Source: Desulfocapsa sulfexigens DSM 10523 (lineage in GTDB: Bacteria; Desulfobacterota; Desulfobulbia; Desulfobulbales; Desulfocapsaceae). Taken from it: a stretch of 32,000 bases of DNA. Position 1 is the stretch's first letter; each line of letters starts with the position of its first letter. The notes beneath the pieces are model-generated. The model was not told the DNA's origin. It was given only the letters and a program-made list of their open reading frames with translations, and searched no databases. Made by a program: the position numbers and the translations under genes. This document shows, one piece after another, positions 1 through 9,721 of this stretch. The stretch spans positions 1,410,001 to 1,442,000 of the forward strand of contig NC_020304.1 of the NCBI RefSeq assembly GCF_000341395.1. Reading direction: 5' to 3'.

Positions 1-73
1 TGACAATGCTCTTCGAACAGGCATTAAGTGGGCTGGCACCTGCCTCTTCTCCCCAACAACTTTCAGGCAAACA

Positions 74-1216
74 ATGAAAAGTGAATATTCTCCCCAAAGT
101 AGTCGCGCCAGGATCGTGTACATGGTTTGGAAAAACCTCCCTCGCTTCCTTCTTCTCCTTCTTGTTATTTTGTCCCTGTTTGGTTTTCTGGGAATCAAGA
201 AGAAGGGAAAACAGTTGGTTCAGGAAAAAGCGGAGGCGGTAGCTGAACAGAGAGAGGCTGTAAATGTTGTAGTTCTCGAGATTAAGCCGGTTCTACTTCG
301 CGATCGTATTAATCTTCCCGGCTCAATAGAAGCATGGCAGAAACTTGAGCTTTTGGCAAAAGTTGCTGGAACCGTCGAAGAGATTCTTGTTACAGAGGGA
401 GATCTGGTTGAAGAAGGAGCTATCCTTGCCAGAATTGAAGATGATGACTACCGGATTGCCCTTCAGTCTGCCAAAGCATCCTGGACATTAGCAAAGGCAG
501 AGCTACAGCGGGTCCAGACCATGCATGCCAGGGGGATCGCTCCCCAGGCAGAGATGGAAAATCTTAATGCCCGTTTTCTTACGGCTCAGGCAGCTCTGGA
601 TGATGCAACGCTTAAGCTTTCCCGCTGCACCATTAAGGCTCCTGTAGCTGGAGTCATCAGTCGACTGGATGCAAAGCCAGGCCTCCTGCTCAGCGTTGCT
701 GATCCAGTGGCCGAAATTCTTCAGATGGAGAAGGTGAAAGCCGTGGTGGGAATTCCAGAATCTGATGTGGTAGCTCTTCGAGAGATTGATGAAATTAATC
801 TTGAAATCAAGGCGCTTGGTGACAAAATCTTCGTTGGCCGAAAACATTTCCTTGCTCCATCTCCTGAGTCCAACGCTCATGTGTACCGACTGGAGTTGGC
901 TGTTGCCAATCTCGACTATTCCATCCTTCCCGGAATGTTTGTACGGGCGGATATTGTCAAAAAAGAAAATGACAGGGCTCTGGCTGTTCCCCTGTACGCT
1001 GTCATTAACCGCAATGAAGAACAGTTTTTATATCTGGAAGTCGATGGTCGTGTACAGAAGCAGCCAGTAAAGCTTGGTATTATGGATGGCTGGATGGTCG
1101 GAGTGACCGCTGGCCTTGCCACTGGTGACCGGGTCGTGATAGAGGGGCATCGTGATGTTGAAGATGGACAGCAGGTCAGGGTTGTCCGCAGTCTTTCCTC
1201 CCTGGAGGCTCCATGA
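74..1216 (+). CDS. RND efflux periplasmic adaptor (membrane-fusion protein, HlyD/AcrA family)
   Basis: 380-aa ORF with an N-terminal membrane anchor (LPRFLLLLLVILSLFGFLG). It has the coiled-coil hairpin and beta-barrel layout typical of MFPs. Its stop overlaps the start of the downstream pump gene (ATGA at 1213-1216). Confidence 0.85.
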   Translation: MKSEYSPQSSRARIVYMVWKNLPRFLLLLLVILSLFGFLGIKKKGKQLVQEKAEAVAEQREAVNVVVLEIKPVLLRDRINLPGSIEAWQKLELLAKVAGTVEEILVTEGDLVEEGAILARIEDDDYRIALQSAKASWTLAKAELQRVQTMHARGIAPQAEMENLNARFLTAQAALDDATLKLSRCTIKAPVAGVISRLDAKPGLLLSVADPVAEILQMEKVKAVVGIPESDVVALREIDEINLEIKALGDKIFVGRKHFLAPSPESNAHVYRLELAVANLDYSILPGMFVRADIVKKENDRALAVPLYAVINRNEEQFLYLEVDGRVQKQPVKLGIMDGWMVGVTAGLATGDRVVIEGHRDVEDGQQVRVVRSLSSLEAP

Positions 1217-4200
1217 TAGTTTCGGATACAGCTGTAAAAAAATCGATCTCGGTTCTTGTCCTGGCTGTAATAATTCTTGTTTTTGGCACCTATTGCTACC
1301 TTGCACTGCCACGGGAATCTGAGCCCGATATCACAATTCCAAATGTTTTTGTCTCCACCTCTTACAGAGGCGTCTCACCATCCGATATTGAAACGGCTAT
1401 CACAATAGAAATTGAAAAAAAGCTTAAAGGGCTTGATGGCGTAAAAAAAATTGAATCTGTGAGTTCAGAAGGGCTTTCATCCATCAATGTCGAGTTTCTT
1501 ACCGGTGTCGATATAGACAAGGCCCTCCAGGATGTGAAAGACAAAGTAGATGAGGCCAAAGGGGAGCTGCCAAACGATCTGGAAGATGATCCCGTGGTCT
1601 TTGAAGTGAATCTATCTGAAATGCCCATCCTAGTTTTTTCCCTTTCCGGAACCTGCGGTCTGCCATGTCTCAAGGATATAGCTGACGATCTTCAGGACGA
1701 TATTGAGGCAGTAACCGGGGTTCTTGAAGTGGATATCAGCGGAGGTCTGGAGCGGGAGATCCGCATTGAGGTTCTCCCCGAGAAACTCGCATTTTATGGA
1801 CTTACAATTAACTCTCTGGAGCGGGTGGTTGCGAGCGAAAACCAGAACACTTCAGGTGGCGCCATTCACCTTGGAAAGGGAAGGTTTCAACTGCGTGTGC
1901 CTGGGGAGTTTGCAACACCGGAGGAGATCTATGGTCTGGTTCTCACCACCCATCAAGGCGATCCGGTATATTTAAAAGATGTGGCCAGGATTGTGGACGG
2001 GTTTAAGGAGGAATCCAGTCGATCACGCCTGAATGGCGATCAGGCAGTAAATATCTCGGTCAAGAAACGCAGTGGGGAAAATATCATTGCTATTGCAGAT
2101 GCTGTCGGCAAGATCATTGAAGAACGGCAGCAAGGCTGGCCAGATGGAACAGAGATCACCAAGGTGATGGATAAATCAAAGGATATTATCAATATGGTAG
2201 CTGATCTTGAGAACAATATCCTCTCAGGTCTGGTTCTGGTGGTGGTGGTCATTTTCTTTGCCATGGGGATTCGCAATGCCATTCTGGTGAGCCTTGCCAT
2301 TCCCTTCTCCATGCTGCTCTCCTTTGTTGTCCTGTATCTTCTTGGAATAACCTTGAATATGGTAGTCCTCTTCAGTCTGACGCTGGCGCTGGGGATGCTG
2401 GTGGACAATGCAATTGTTATTGTGGAGAATATTCATCGCTTTATGGAACAGGGGGTGCCACGAAGGGAGGCGGCCATGAAGGCAACCTCGGAAGTAGCCT
2501 ATCCTGTCATCGGTTCAACCCTCACCACCCTTGCAGCCTTTTCTCCTATGCTCTTCTGGCCGGGTATCATGGGCGAGTTTATGAGCTATCTGCCTCTGAC
2601 CCTGATTGTCACTCTGTCGTCATCTCTCTTTGTGGCCATGGTTATCAACCCGGCATTGGCATCCTTGTTTTTAAAAGTTGCTTCTGAGGGTGGAAAAAAG
2701 AGGATCGAACATCCGGGGAAACTTTCTGAGGAACAACCGATACAGATCACGACTCCATTGCTCCGGGGGTATACAGCATTGCTGAATGTGGCACTCGGCC
2801 AGCCTTTTTCCATCATTATGGTTTCCGTTTTTGTCCTGATTCTCATGGTTGAAGGCTGGTTGCTTGCTGTGGGACTTGAAAAACCCAAGGAGTTTTTTCC
2901 CGATATTGATCCAAAAGGAATGTATGTCAATGTGGATATGCCGGAGGGTGCCGATCTTGAATATATAAACCGGGTTATGCGGCGGATAGAGGGGGCGGTT
3001 GCCAGTGCTGAGATAGCAGAGGAAAATGAAGAGTTACCAGAGGAGGTGTACCGGAAGGCGCTACTTCCGGTTGAACACAGGGATAAGGATGGAAAGACTC
3101 ATTTCGGGCCTTCAGATCTTGCTAATATTGAAACTATCTATATGAAAGCAACCGTGGAAACGGGTGGTGGTTCGGCCTTTGAAGCTAACACTCCGAATCA
3201 TGTGGGGATTCGTTTTTTTGATCTTGAGGAGCGGCATGGTTCTTCCAAGGAAACCGTGGCGGAGATCCGAAGGCGGATACGGAATATCCCGGGTGGAAAA
3301 ATCACAATTGCCTCAGAGGCCCAGGGACCACCGACCGGAGCTCCTATCAATATCGAAATTTCCGGAGATGATTTTCAGATACTGGGTCAGATCGCAAAAT
3401 CGATCCGCAAGACCCTGAATACCATTCCCCACGTGGAAGACGTACAGGACAACTTTGTGGAGGGTATTCCTTCGGTTCAGGTGGCTGTGGATCGGCAGAA
3501 GGCGGCCCTTTTTGGTATTTCCACCGATATGATAGGTTTTGCTTTGAAGACTGCATATAACGGGTTGGAAGTTTCTTCATTCCGGGAAGGTAATGAAGAC
3601 TATGATATAACGGTACAGCTCGACGAAAAAAACCGCAGGGTGGTGGATGTGCTTCATGAGTTGATGATTCCTGCACCAAACGGTATGACGGTGCCTCTTT
3701 CCACCCTTGCAACGATCAAAATATCCGGATCTCTTGGTGATATCGTACGTATTAACCATGAGCGGGTGGTTACCGTGAAGGCGAATGTGGATGAGGCCAA
3801 GGTTCCGGCTCCAGTGGTGCGTGCAGGAGCGGAGGAGGCCCTGGCCGGGCTGATACTGCCTCCCGGGTATAAGGTTAGTTTTACCGGGGAACTTGAGGAT
3901 CAGCAGGAGTCTGAAGCCTTTCTTGGAAAGGCCTTCATTATCGCCCTGTTCTGCATCTTTTTTATTCTGGTGAGTCAGTTTAATTCGGTGGGGCAGCCGT
4001 TTATCATTATGACTTCGGTTATCCTCTCACTCGGTGGCGCCTTTCTCGGTCTGATGCTTTTCAAACAGCCCTTTGGTATTGTTATGACAGGTGTCGGAGT
4101 AATTTCACTTGCAGGGGTGGTGGTCAACAATGCAATTGTTCTTATCGATTATACCAATCAGCTCCGTGCTCGGGGCATGGCTGTAAAAGAGGCAGTGATG

Positions 4201-4539
4201 GCCGCAGGGGCGACACGGCTGAGGCCGGTACTGCTTACTGCCATAACCACCATCCTCGGGCTTATTCCCATGGTTACCGGGATCTCCTATGATTTTCGTA
4301 ATCTCGCCATGTGCTGGGTGAGTGAGTCCAGCCAATGGTGGCGCTCCATGGCCGTTGTGATCATCTTCGGTCTGATAGTAGCCACTTTTCTGACTCTGGT
4401 GGTGGTACCCAGCCTTTACTATCTCTTTCATCGTTTTCTGGAGTTGCAGCCGCGGCTTCGAGCCTGGCTCCATCGCTTGTACTGGCGTCCTTATCCTCTT
4501 CTCTCTGGTGAATCACAGGAGGTCAACAATGAAAAATGA
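1213..4539 (+). CDS. RND efflux permease, AcrB/AcrD/AcrF family
   Basis: 1108-aa ORF with a 12-TM plus two large periplasmic loop architecture. Conserved RND stretches are present (LALGMLVDNAIVIVENI, GVVVNNAIVLIDY). It is translationally coupled to the adaptor gene. Confidence 0.9.
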   Translation: MIVSDTAVKKSISVLVLAVIILVFGTYCYLALPRESEPDITIPNVFVSTSYRGVSPSDIETAITIEIEKKLKGLDGVKKIESVSSEGLSSINVEFLTGVDIDKALQDVKDKVDEAKGELPNDLEDDPVVFEVNLSEMPILVFSLSGTCGLPCLKDIADDLQDDIEAVTGVLEVDISGGLEREIRIEVLPEKLAFYGLTINSLERVVASENQNTSGGAIHLGKGRFQLRVPGEFATPEEIYGLVLTTHQGDPVYLKDVARIVDGFKEESSRSRLNGDQAVNISVKKRSGENIIAIADAVGKIIEERQQGWPDGTEITKVMDKSKDIINMVADLENNILSGLVLVVVVIFFAMGIRNAILVSLAIPFSMLLSFVVLYLLGITLNMVVLFSLTLALGMLVDNAIVIVENIHRFMEQGVPRREAAMKATSEVAYPVIGSTLTTLAAFSPMLFWPGIMGEFMSYLPLTLIVTLSSSLFVAMVINPALASLFLKVASEGGKKRIEHPGKLSEEQPIQITTPLLRGYTALLNVALGQPFSIIMVSVFVLILMVEGWLLAVGLEKPKEFFPDIDPKGMYVNVDMPEGADLEYINRVMRRIEGAVASAEIAEENEELPEEVYRKALLPVEHRDKDGKTHFGPSDLANIETIYMKATVETGGGSAFEANTPNHVGIRFFDLEERHGSSKETVAEIRRRIRNIPGGKITIASEAQGPPTGAPINIEISGDDFQILGQIAKSIRKTLNTIPHVEDVQDNFVEGIPSVQVAVDRQKAALFGISTDMIGFALKTAYNGLEVSSFREGNEDYDITVQLDEKNRRVVDVLHELMIPAPNGMTVPLSTLATIKISGSLGDIVRINHERVVTVKANVDEAKVPAPVVRAGAEEALAGLILPPGYKVSFTGELEDQQESEAFLGKAFIIALFCIFFILVSQFNSVGQPFIIMTSVILSLGGAFLGLMLFKQPFGIVMTGVGVISLAGVVVNNAIVLIDYTNQLRARGMAVKEAVMAAGATRLRPVLLTAITTILGLIPMVTGISYDFRNLAMCWVSESSQWWRSMAVVIIFGLIVATFLTLVVVPSLYYLFHRFLELQPRLRAWLHRLYWRPYPLLSGESQEVNNEK

Positions 4540-6028
4540 GTATTGGAAAAGGAGAGGCTTTTTGACTTTTTGTGGGATTCTCTGCCTGCAGGCAACGACT
4601 GCGCTTTGTGAAGAGGCAGCACTGGATCTTACCTTAAGCCAGGCCATTGAAACTGCCCTTTCCAACAATCTCAATATTCAGTTAAGCAGACAGGATCTTG
4701 AGATTGCACGAGGTGGCAGTGATCTGGAGCATGGCAGCTTTGACACGCTTCTGGAGACTGGGGTCGGGGCGGGTGAAACACGACTTACTCCGACCGTGCA
4801 GGGAAGTGCCTTGAGTGAAGACACCGGCTACTGGAACACCACCCTTTCAAAACGCATGGTTACGGGAACGGAGTTTGGCTTGTCGTGGAACAACGACTAT
4901 TACGACAGTGACTCCAGCTACTTGCTTATTGATCCACTGTATTCGAGTGGAGTTGACCTCACGATCAGTCAACCCCTTCTTCAGGGAATGGGTAATGAGG
5001 TACAGACTGCGGGGATCCGGGCTGCAGCAAAGAGAACAGAAGCTGCCATTTTTCTTGTTCACCGGGAGGCAGCAGAACTTTGCTCCCAGGTACGCAAGGC
5101 CTATTGGGAACTGGTTTCAAGCTGGCAGGATATTGAGGCTCTCGAACTGTCTCTTACCCTGGCCAGAAAGCTTGAGGAGGAGACCCGGAGTAAAATTGAG
5201 ACAGGAGTTCTGGCGGACGTTGAAATCTACCAGCCCCAGTCAGAAGTTGCGAGAAGGGAACAGAACCTTATCGGTGGGGAGCGGGCCGTCGGTGTTGCTG
5301 AAGACACACTGCGCTATCTGATGAACAATCAGGAGTGGAACAGACCGCTGAACCCGACGGATAGACCGGTTGTTGAAGAAAAGATTCCATCTCTTGATAC
5401 TGTTCTGGAACGGGCTCTGGTTAATCGTCCGGACATACGGGCTGCAGATATGGAGAAAGAGGCGGCAGAAATCATTAGTGTCGCAATGAAAGATAAGACG
5501 CTGCCTTCGCTGAATCTCTTTGGATCCGTGGGGCTTGGTGGGAATGAGGACAGTTACGGAAATGCCGTGGATCGGCTGAGCAATGACGGTGATACCCGAT
5601 GGCAGGCGGGGGTGAAATTTTCCCTGCCTTTGGAAAATCGAAGTGCAGAGGGAAAGTACAGACAGGCAAAGGCCCAGGCGGTGCGTGCAAAAATTGGGGC
5701 AGAACTCCTGCGTCAGCAGACACGAAGTCTCGCCAGACAGGCAGTGCGTGATGTGAGACTGAGTCTTAAGGCCATCGAGGCCACACGTAAAACCAGTCTT
5801 TCGTCACAAAAACGACTGGAAGGGGAGCAGACAAAGTTTGATGTGGGCAGAGCTACCACCTATGATGTACTTGTTGCCCAGGAGGCCTTTTCCAGGGCTC
5901 TTGCCGATGAATACCGGGCTCAGATTCTCTATGTCCAGGTCCTTGCTGAGCTTGATCGTATTCAGGGGATCGTAAGAATTAAAAATACTTCTTTTGTTGA
6001 GGGAAAGAATGAAAAAGATCAATTTTGA
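4529..6028 (+). CDS. TolC-family outer membrane efflux channel
   Basis: About 500 aa with a signal peptide (FLTFCGILCLQATTALC) and two TolC-type repeat halves (LTLSQAIETALSNNLNIQ..., ...VGRATTYDVLVAQEAF). The ATG at 4529 has an AGGAGG Shine-Dalgarno 6 nt upstream, so I prefer it to the ORF-track start at 4508. Confidence 0.85.
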   Translation: MKNEYWKRRGFLTFCGILCLQATTALCEEAALDLTLSQAIETALSNNLNIQLSRQDLEIARGGSDLEHGSFDTLLETGVGAGETRLTPTVQGSALSEDTGYWNTTLSKRMVTGTEFGLSWNNDYYDSDSSYLLIDPLYSSGVDLTISQPLLQGMGNEVQTAGIRAAAKRTEAAIFLVHREAAELCSQVRKAYWELVSSWQDIEALELSLTLARKLEEETRSKIETGVLADVEIYQPQSEVARREQNLIGGERAVGVAEDTLRYLMNNQEWNRPLNPTDRPVVEEKIPSLDTVLERALVNRPDIRAADMEKEAAEIISVAMKDKTLPSLNLFGSVGLGGNEDSYGNAVDRLSNDGDTRWQAGVKFSLPLENRSAEGKYRQAKAQAVRAKIGAELLRQQTRSLARQAVRDVRLSLKAIEATRKTSLSSQKRLEGEQTKFDVGRATTYDVLVAQEAFSRALADEYRAQILYVQVLAELDRIQGIVRIKNTSFVEGKNEKDQF

Positions 6029-6623
6029 TGAGAACATAAAGGCTTGTCACGGCAATTTTGCCATGCAGGTAGATCAGAGTATCTCTGGTCAGGATGTGGT
6101 TATTGATCGTCCTGAAATGTTGCAAAAGAGAAGCGATCTTTGTCTGCTGTCGCTTTGCTCACTCATACTGGTTGTCACTCTAGTGGTATCCGGGTGCTCG
6201 GGCAATAGTCAGTCAGGAGAGGAGAATATGGAAGCATTGGCTGGAAAGAAATATATTGTTAATGGTCACCTGGCACCTTGTCCCGGAAGCCCGAACTGTG
6301 TGAGCAGTGAGGATTCCCTCCAAGACTCCAATATTGCTCCTATTGCATTTACAGGATCGGCATCTGACGCATGGCAGACCCTGCAGGAGCAGATCCTTGA
6401 GATGGGGGGACAGATTGAAGAGGTGGATGGCTTCTTTCTTCATGCCACCTTCCGCAGCAGCCTGTTTCGTTTTACTGATGATGTCAGCAGCCGCCTTGAT
6501 GGTGAAAATAACTGTATTCATATCCGTTCTGCCTCCAGGGTCGGCTATTCTGACTTTGGGGTGAACAGGAAACGGGTGGAGGAGTTGCGAAGACGACTGG
6601 CATCATTGACACAGGAGAGATGA
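6009..6623 (+). CDS. DUF1499-family protein, possibly a lipoprotein
   Basis: Matches the family pattern I recall for DUF1499: LAPCPGSPNCVSSE ... FRFTDDV ... IRSASRVGYSDFGVNRKRVEELR. The start is ambiguous. ATG 6009 has a GAGGG Shine-Dalgarno. ATG 6117 would instead give a classic lipoprotein signal peptide (MLQKRSDLCLLSLCSLILVVTLVVSGC). Confidence 0.6.
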   Translation: MKKINFDENIKACHGNFAMQVDQSISGQDVVIDRPEMLQKRSDLCLLSLCSLILVVTLVVSGCSGNSQSGEENMEALAGKKYIVNGHLAPCPGSPNCVSSEDSLQDSNIAPIAFTGSASDAWQTLQEQILEMGGQIEEVDGFFLHATFRSSLFRFTDDVSSRLDGENNCIHIRSASRVGYSDFGVNRKRVEELRRRLASLTQER

Positions 6624-6661
6624 TATATGGCACCGGGCCAATGCAGCCTGCGAAATGTCAA

Positions 6662-7714
6662 TTATATCAGTTCTATCACGCCACTTTCTCCTGCCACGAT
6701 CTCACCTATGTCCCGGCAGGAAAATGGATAGTTTGAGCTGTTCATTTCTTTCAGAAGCTGTTCACTGGTCGTTGGTGGAGCTGCTATGAGAAGTCCGCCC
6801 GAGGTCTGGGGGTCAGCCAGTACCATTTCCATGGGCTCACCTTCAGTACCTCTGTTTTGCAGCCATTTCGAGTAAAACTTGCGATTGGTATAGGCACCCT
6901 CTGGAATGATGCCCATATTAACGAAATCGATACAGCCTGAAATAAGAGGAATCTGCTTTTTGATCAGTCTGGCCTTGACTCCTGAAGCTATGGTCATTTC
7001 ATGGAGATGTCCGAGTAGGCCAAAGCCGGTGATATCTGTGCAGGCGTGGACCTGGTAACCCCTGTCTCGAACAGCTGTGATTGCATCCGCCGGGGCACGG
7101 TTGAGGGTGGCCATAATGTGTGTGATCTGTTTCTCAATGTCAGCACCTGCCAGCTGTCCCTTGATGGCCGTTGAAAGAATGCCTGTGCCGAGGGGCTTGG
7201 TGAGGATCAGGCGGTCACCGACCCTGGCGCCACTGTTCAGCAGAACTTGATCTGGGTGAACCGTTCCCGTCACTGAAAGACCATACTTTAACTCTTTATC
7301 TTCCACAGAATGACCGCCGACCAGAAGTGCCCCGGCTTCCACCACTTTCGAAAGCCCTCCTTTGATAATTTCGCGGAAAATCTCAACTGCCATGGTTTTG
7401 ATAGGGCAGGCCAGGATATTCATGGCAAGAATCGGTGTGCCACCCATTGCATAGACATCACTCAAGGCGTTGGCGGCAGTGATCTGACCGAAGTGGTATG
7501 GGTCGTCCACGATGGGAGTGAAAAAATCCAGTGTCTGAATCAGGGCTGTCTCGTCGTTTAAGCGGTAGACTCCTGCATCATCACAGGTTTCTGCCCCGAC
7601 GATTAAGCGATCATTTTTGGGAAGGGTAATACCACAAAGTATTTGGCTCAGGTCCCCCGGGCCAAGTTTTGCAGCTCAACCTGCGGCTTTTACGGTTGAA
7701 GTCAGTTTTATCAT
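6662..7714 (-). CDS. selD: Selenide, water dikinase (selenophosphate synthetase), selenocysteine-containing
   Basis: The ORF-track piece 6662-7510 starts at VDDPYHFGQITAANALSDVYAMGG, which is mid-protein when compared with E. coli SelD as I remember it. The same frame continues upstream through one TGA (7678-7676) to ATG 7714. This gives MIKLTSTVKAAG-U-AAKLGPGDLSQIL..., with U at the position of the catalytic Cys/Sec and the Lys three residues later. Confidence 0.9.
7643..7665 (-). promoter_or_regulatory. Candidate SECIS hairpin downstream of the selD UGA
   Basis: Minus-strand UUGGC-CCGGGGGACCUGA-GCCAA begins 11 nt after the UGA. The stem is 5 bp, with a short inner GG/CC pairing and a G-rich apical loop. 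It was folded by eye only. Confidence 0.4.
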
Positions 7715-7854
7715 TTTACGGGTTAAAAAAAATCTGCTTCCTGTCTGTTAGTCTCACCCGGTCAGGGGTGATAAATGAGAAAAACGGGACAGAAGGTGCT
7801 TTATTGTTGAATTTCCATGAAACATATTATAAATCTTTCTATCAGATTTTAACA

Positions 7855-7898
7855 AAAGGCACAAAGATATTTGTTTTCTTTGTGCCTTTCCCTTTTTT
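7855..7898 (+). terminator. Intrinsic terminator-like hairpin in the selD/purF divergent intergenic region, pointing toward purF
   Basis: A perfect 12-bp stem (aaaggcacaaag / ctttgtgccttt) with an 11-nt loop, followed after 3 nt by TTTTTT. It lies about 50 nt upstream of the purF ATG. No upstream plus-strand gene is present for it to terminate. Confidence 0.6.
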
Positions 7899-7947
7899 AT
7901 ACAAATGCAGATTCACTGCCGAGTTGCTGTATACGAGGAATATTCCA

Positions 7948-9369
7948 ATGACAAATAGTAGCGTACAGATTGTTGAAGATGGACGCCCTAAGCATGAGTG
8001 TGGTATCTGTGGTATCTTTGGTCACGAAGATGCTTCAAAGCTCACCTATTTTGGCTTATACGCACTGCAGCACAGAGGTCAGGAAAGTGCAGGGATTGTG
8101 GCTTCCGATGAGGGAAAGGTTTCAATCCATAAGGCCATGGGCCTTGTTCCTGAAATTTTTTCAGAGGATATTCTTCAGGGCTTACCGGGTTCCATGGCCA
8201 TGGGGCATGTTCGATACTCCACCACCGGTTCCTCCAATGTGACGAACTCCCAGCCTTTAATGGTGAATCATAGAGGGTGCACCCTTGCGGTCGCTCATAA
8301 TGGGAACCTTGTTAACTCGCTTGAATTACGTCATGATCTTGAAGGGAAAGGGTCTATCTTCCAGACTGCAATGGATAGTGAAGTGATCCTTCATCTCATG
8401 GCACGTACCACCCATCTTGGTCTCGATCGGGCACTCAGCGAATCGTTTTCCTGTCTGAGGGGTGCCTATTCGATCCTGTTAATGACAGAGGATACTCTTG
8501 TTGCTGTCCGGGATCCTGGTGGGTTTCGACCTCTTTGTCTCGGAAAATTAAATAACGGTGCCTTGATTGTGGCTTCTGAGACCTGTGCCCTGGACCTGGT
8601 CGAAGCTGTGTATATTCGGGATGTTGAACCGGGTGAGGTTGTTATTATCACCAAAGATGGCATTCGTTCAATTTTTCCCTGGCCGAAGCAGAAAACAAGT
8701 TTCTGTATTTTTGAGCAGGTCTATTTTGCCCGTCCCGATTCAGACGTCTTTGGTATCAATGTGTATGAGGCCCGTAAACGAATGGGGGAGATTATGGCGC
8801 GGGAATCTGGTATGAAAGGGGATTTTGTTATGCCCTTTCCGGATTCCGGGAACTATGCGGCCATCGGGTTTTCCAGAGAATCCGGTATCCCTCTTGAAAT
8901 GGGAATGATCCGGAACCATTATGTGGGACGAACGTTTATTGAACCAACCCAATCCATGCGAGACTTTAATGTGCGGGTGAAACTCAATCCTGTAAGGGCT
9001 TTGCTGAAGGGAAAACGGGTTATAATTGTAGAGGATTCCGTTATCCGTGGCACCACTGGGCGGAGCAGGGTAAAGGCACTGCGAGAGGCAGGAGCCACAG
9101 AAGTTCATATGATGGTCAGCTGTCCTCCCACCCGCCATGCCTGCTACTATGGAATCGATTTTCCCTCGTCGGATCAGCTTATTGCAACGAACAATTCGCT
9201 GGAGGAAATAGCCGCCCATCTTGGTCTGGACTCAATTTACTACTTGAGTCTTCAGGGGATGGTCGAAGCCACAGGATTGAAACCCGAAGACTTTTGCCTT
9301 GCATGTTTTAACGGTGAGTATCCCGTCGAGCCCGACAGAAGTTTTACCAAGAATGCATTGGAGAGATAG
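7948..9369 (+). CDS. purF: Amidophosphoribosyltransferase (glutamine-PRPP amidotransferase), Fe-S cluster type with an N-terminal propeptide
   Basis: MTNSSVQIVEDGRPKHE-CGICGIFG..., then GQESAGI, GHVRYSTTG, HNGNLVN and DSEV motifs and C-terminal cluster cysteines (CYYGIDFP, CLACFNGEYP). ATG 7948 is preceded by GAGGA. The 93 codons upstream in the ORF track are intergenic or antisense to selD. Confidence 0.9.
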   Translation: MTNSSVQIVEDGRPKHECGICGIFGHEDASKLTYFGLYALQHRGQESAGIVASDEGKVSIHKAMGLVPEIFSEDILQGLPGSMAMGHVRYSTTGSSNVTNSQPLMVNHRGCTLAVAHNGNLVNSLELRHDLEGKGSIFQTAMDSEVILHLMARTTHLGLDRALSESFSCLRGAYSILLMTEDTLVAVRDPGGFRPLCLGKLNNGALIVASETCALDLVEAVYIRDVEPGEVVIITKDGIRSIFPWPKQKTSFCIFEQVYFARPDSDVFGINVYEARKRMGEIMARESGMKGDFVMPFPDSGNYAAIGFSRESGIPLEMGMIRNHYVGRTFIEPTQSMRDFNVRVKLNPVRALLKGKRVIIVEDSVIRGTTGRSRVKALREAGATEVHMMVSCPPTRHACYYGIDFPSSDQLIATNNSLEEIAAHLGLDSIYYLSLQGMVEATGLKPEDFCLACFNGEYPVEPDRSFTKNALER

Positions 9370-9377
9370 GGGCGGAT

Positions 9378-9569
9378 ATGCTAAAGAAATCCATTCTCAT
9401 TGATGTTTATGAATGTAATGGTTGCGGAGCCTGCGTAGAAATCTGCCCCGAAGTTTTTATAATGGACGAATGGGAGAAGGCCACTCTTATTGATCCGGAT
9501 GCTGAAGTAACTGAAAGGGTGGAAAAAGCCGCCGCCTATTGCTCGCAAAAGTGTATTTCGTTTGAGTGA
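9378..9569 (+). CDS. Small 4Fe-4S (or 3Fe-4S) ferredoxin
   Basis: 63 aa with a CNGCGACVEICP cluster motif plus a distal Cys pair (CSQKC). It starts 9 nt after the purF stop. Confidence 0.8.
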   Translation: MLKKSILIDVYECNGCGACVEICPEVFIMDEWEKATLIDPDAEVTERVEKAAAYCSQKCISFE

Positions 9570-9721
9570 CAGATTTTTATAAGCCTGATTTGCAATCTCA
9601 AAAATACCGAATTAGGATCTTAAAAAAGTCCTTTCATGTTTTTCAGAAAGACTTCTGCTGTCCCGGGGCATAACATACAAATCATTACCTTCAAATTTAC
9701 ACGAATCAGCACAGGGAATTC

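Noticed and set aside
34-49. TGGCAC motifs as additional sigma-54 promoters (here, near 1283, and on the minus strand near 14841)
   Set aside because: The GC of the -12 element is not at the required spacing from the GG. Two of the three also lie inside coding regions.
503-4473. Numerous 60-170-aa ORFs antisense to or overlapping the large genes. This range is one example; similar ORFs occur inside pepF, the kinases and the ATPase.
   Set aside because: They lie entirely within well-supported longer genes, have odd compositions and have no start signals. They are typical shadow ORFs.
7715-7850. A known purine-pathway riboswitch (guanine/adenine, ZTP, PRPP) upstream of purF
   Set aside because: I could not find the conserved cores I remember for these classes, for example the CCGCCUGGGC-type 3' element of ZTP or the purine three-way junction loops. 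I therefore report only a generic structured leader plus terminator.
7669-7947. The 93-codon N-terminal extension of the purF ORF (the 566-aa ORF in the track)
   Set aside because: It would start at a TTG antisense to the selD 5' end and would run through an intrinsic terminator hairpin. PurF needs its catalytic Cys exposed after a short propeptide. ATG 7948, with a GAGGA Shine-Dalgarno, gives a normal-length enzyme. The open frame is most likely chance.
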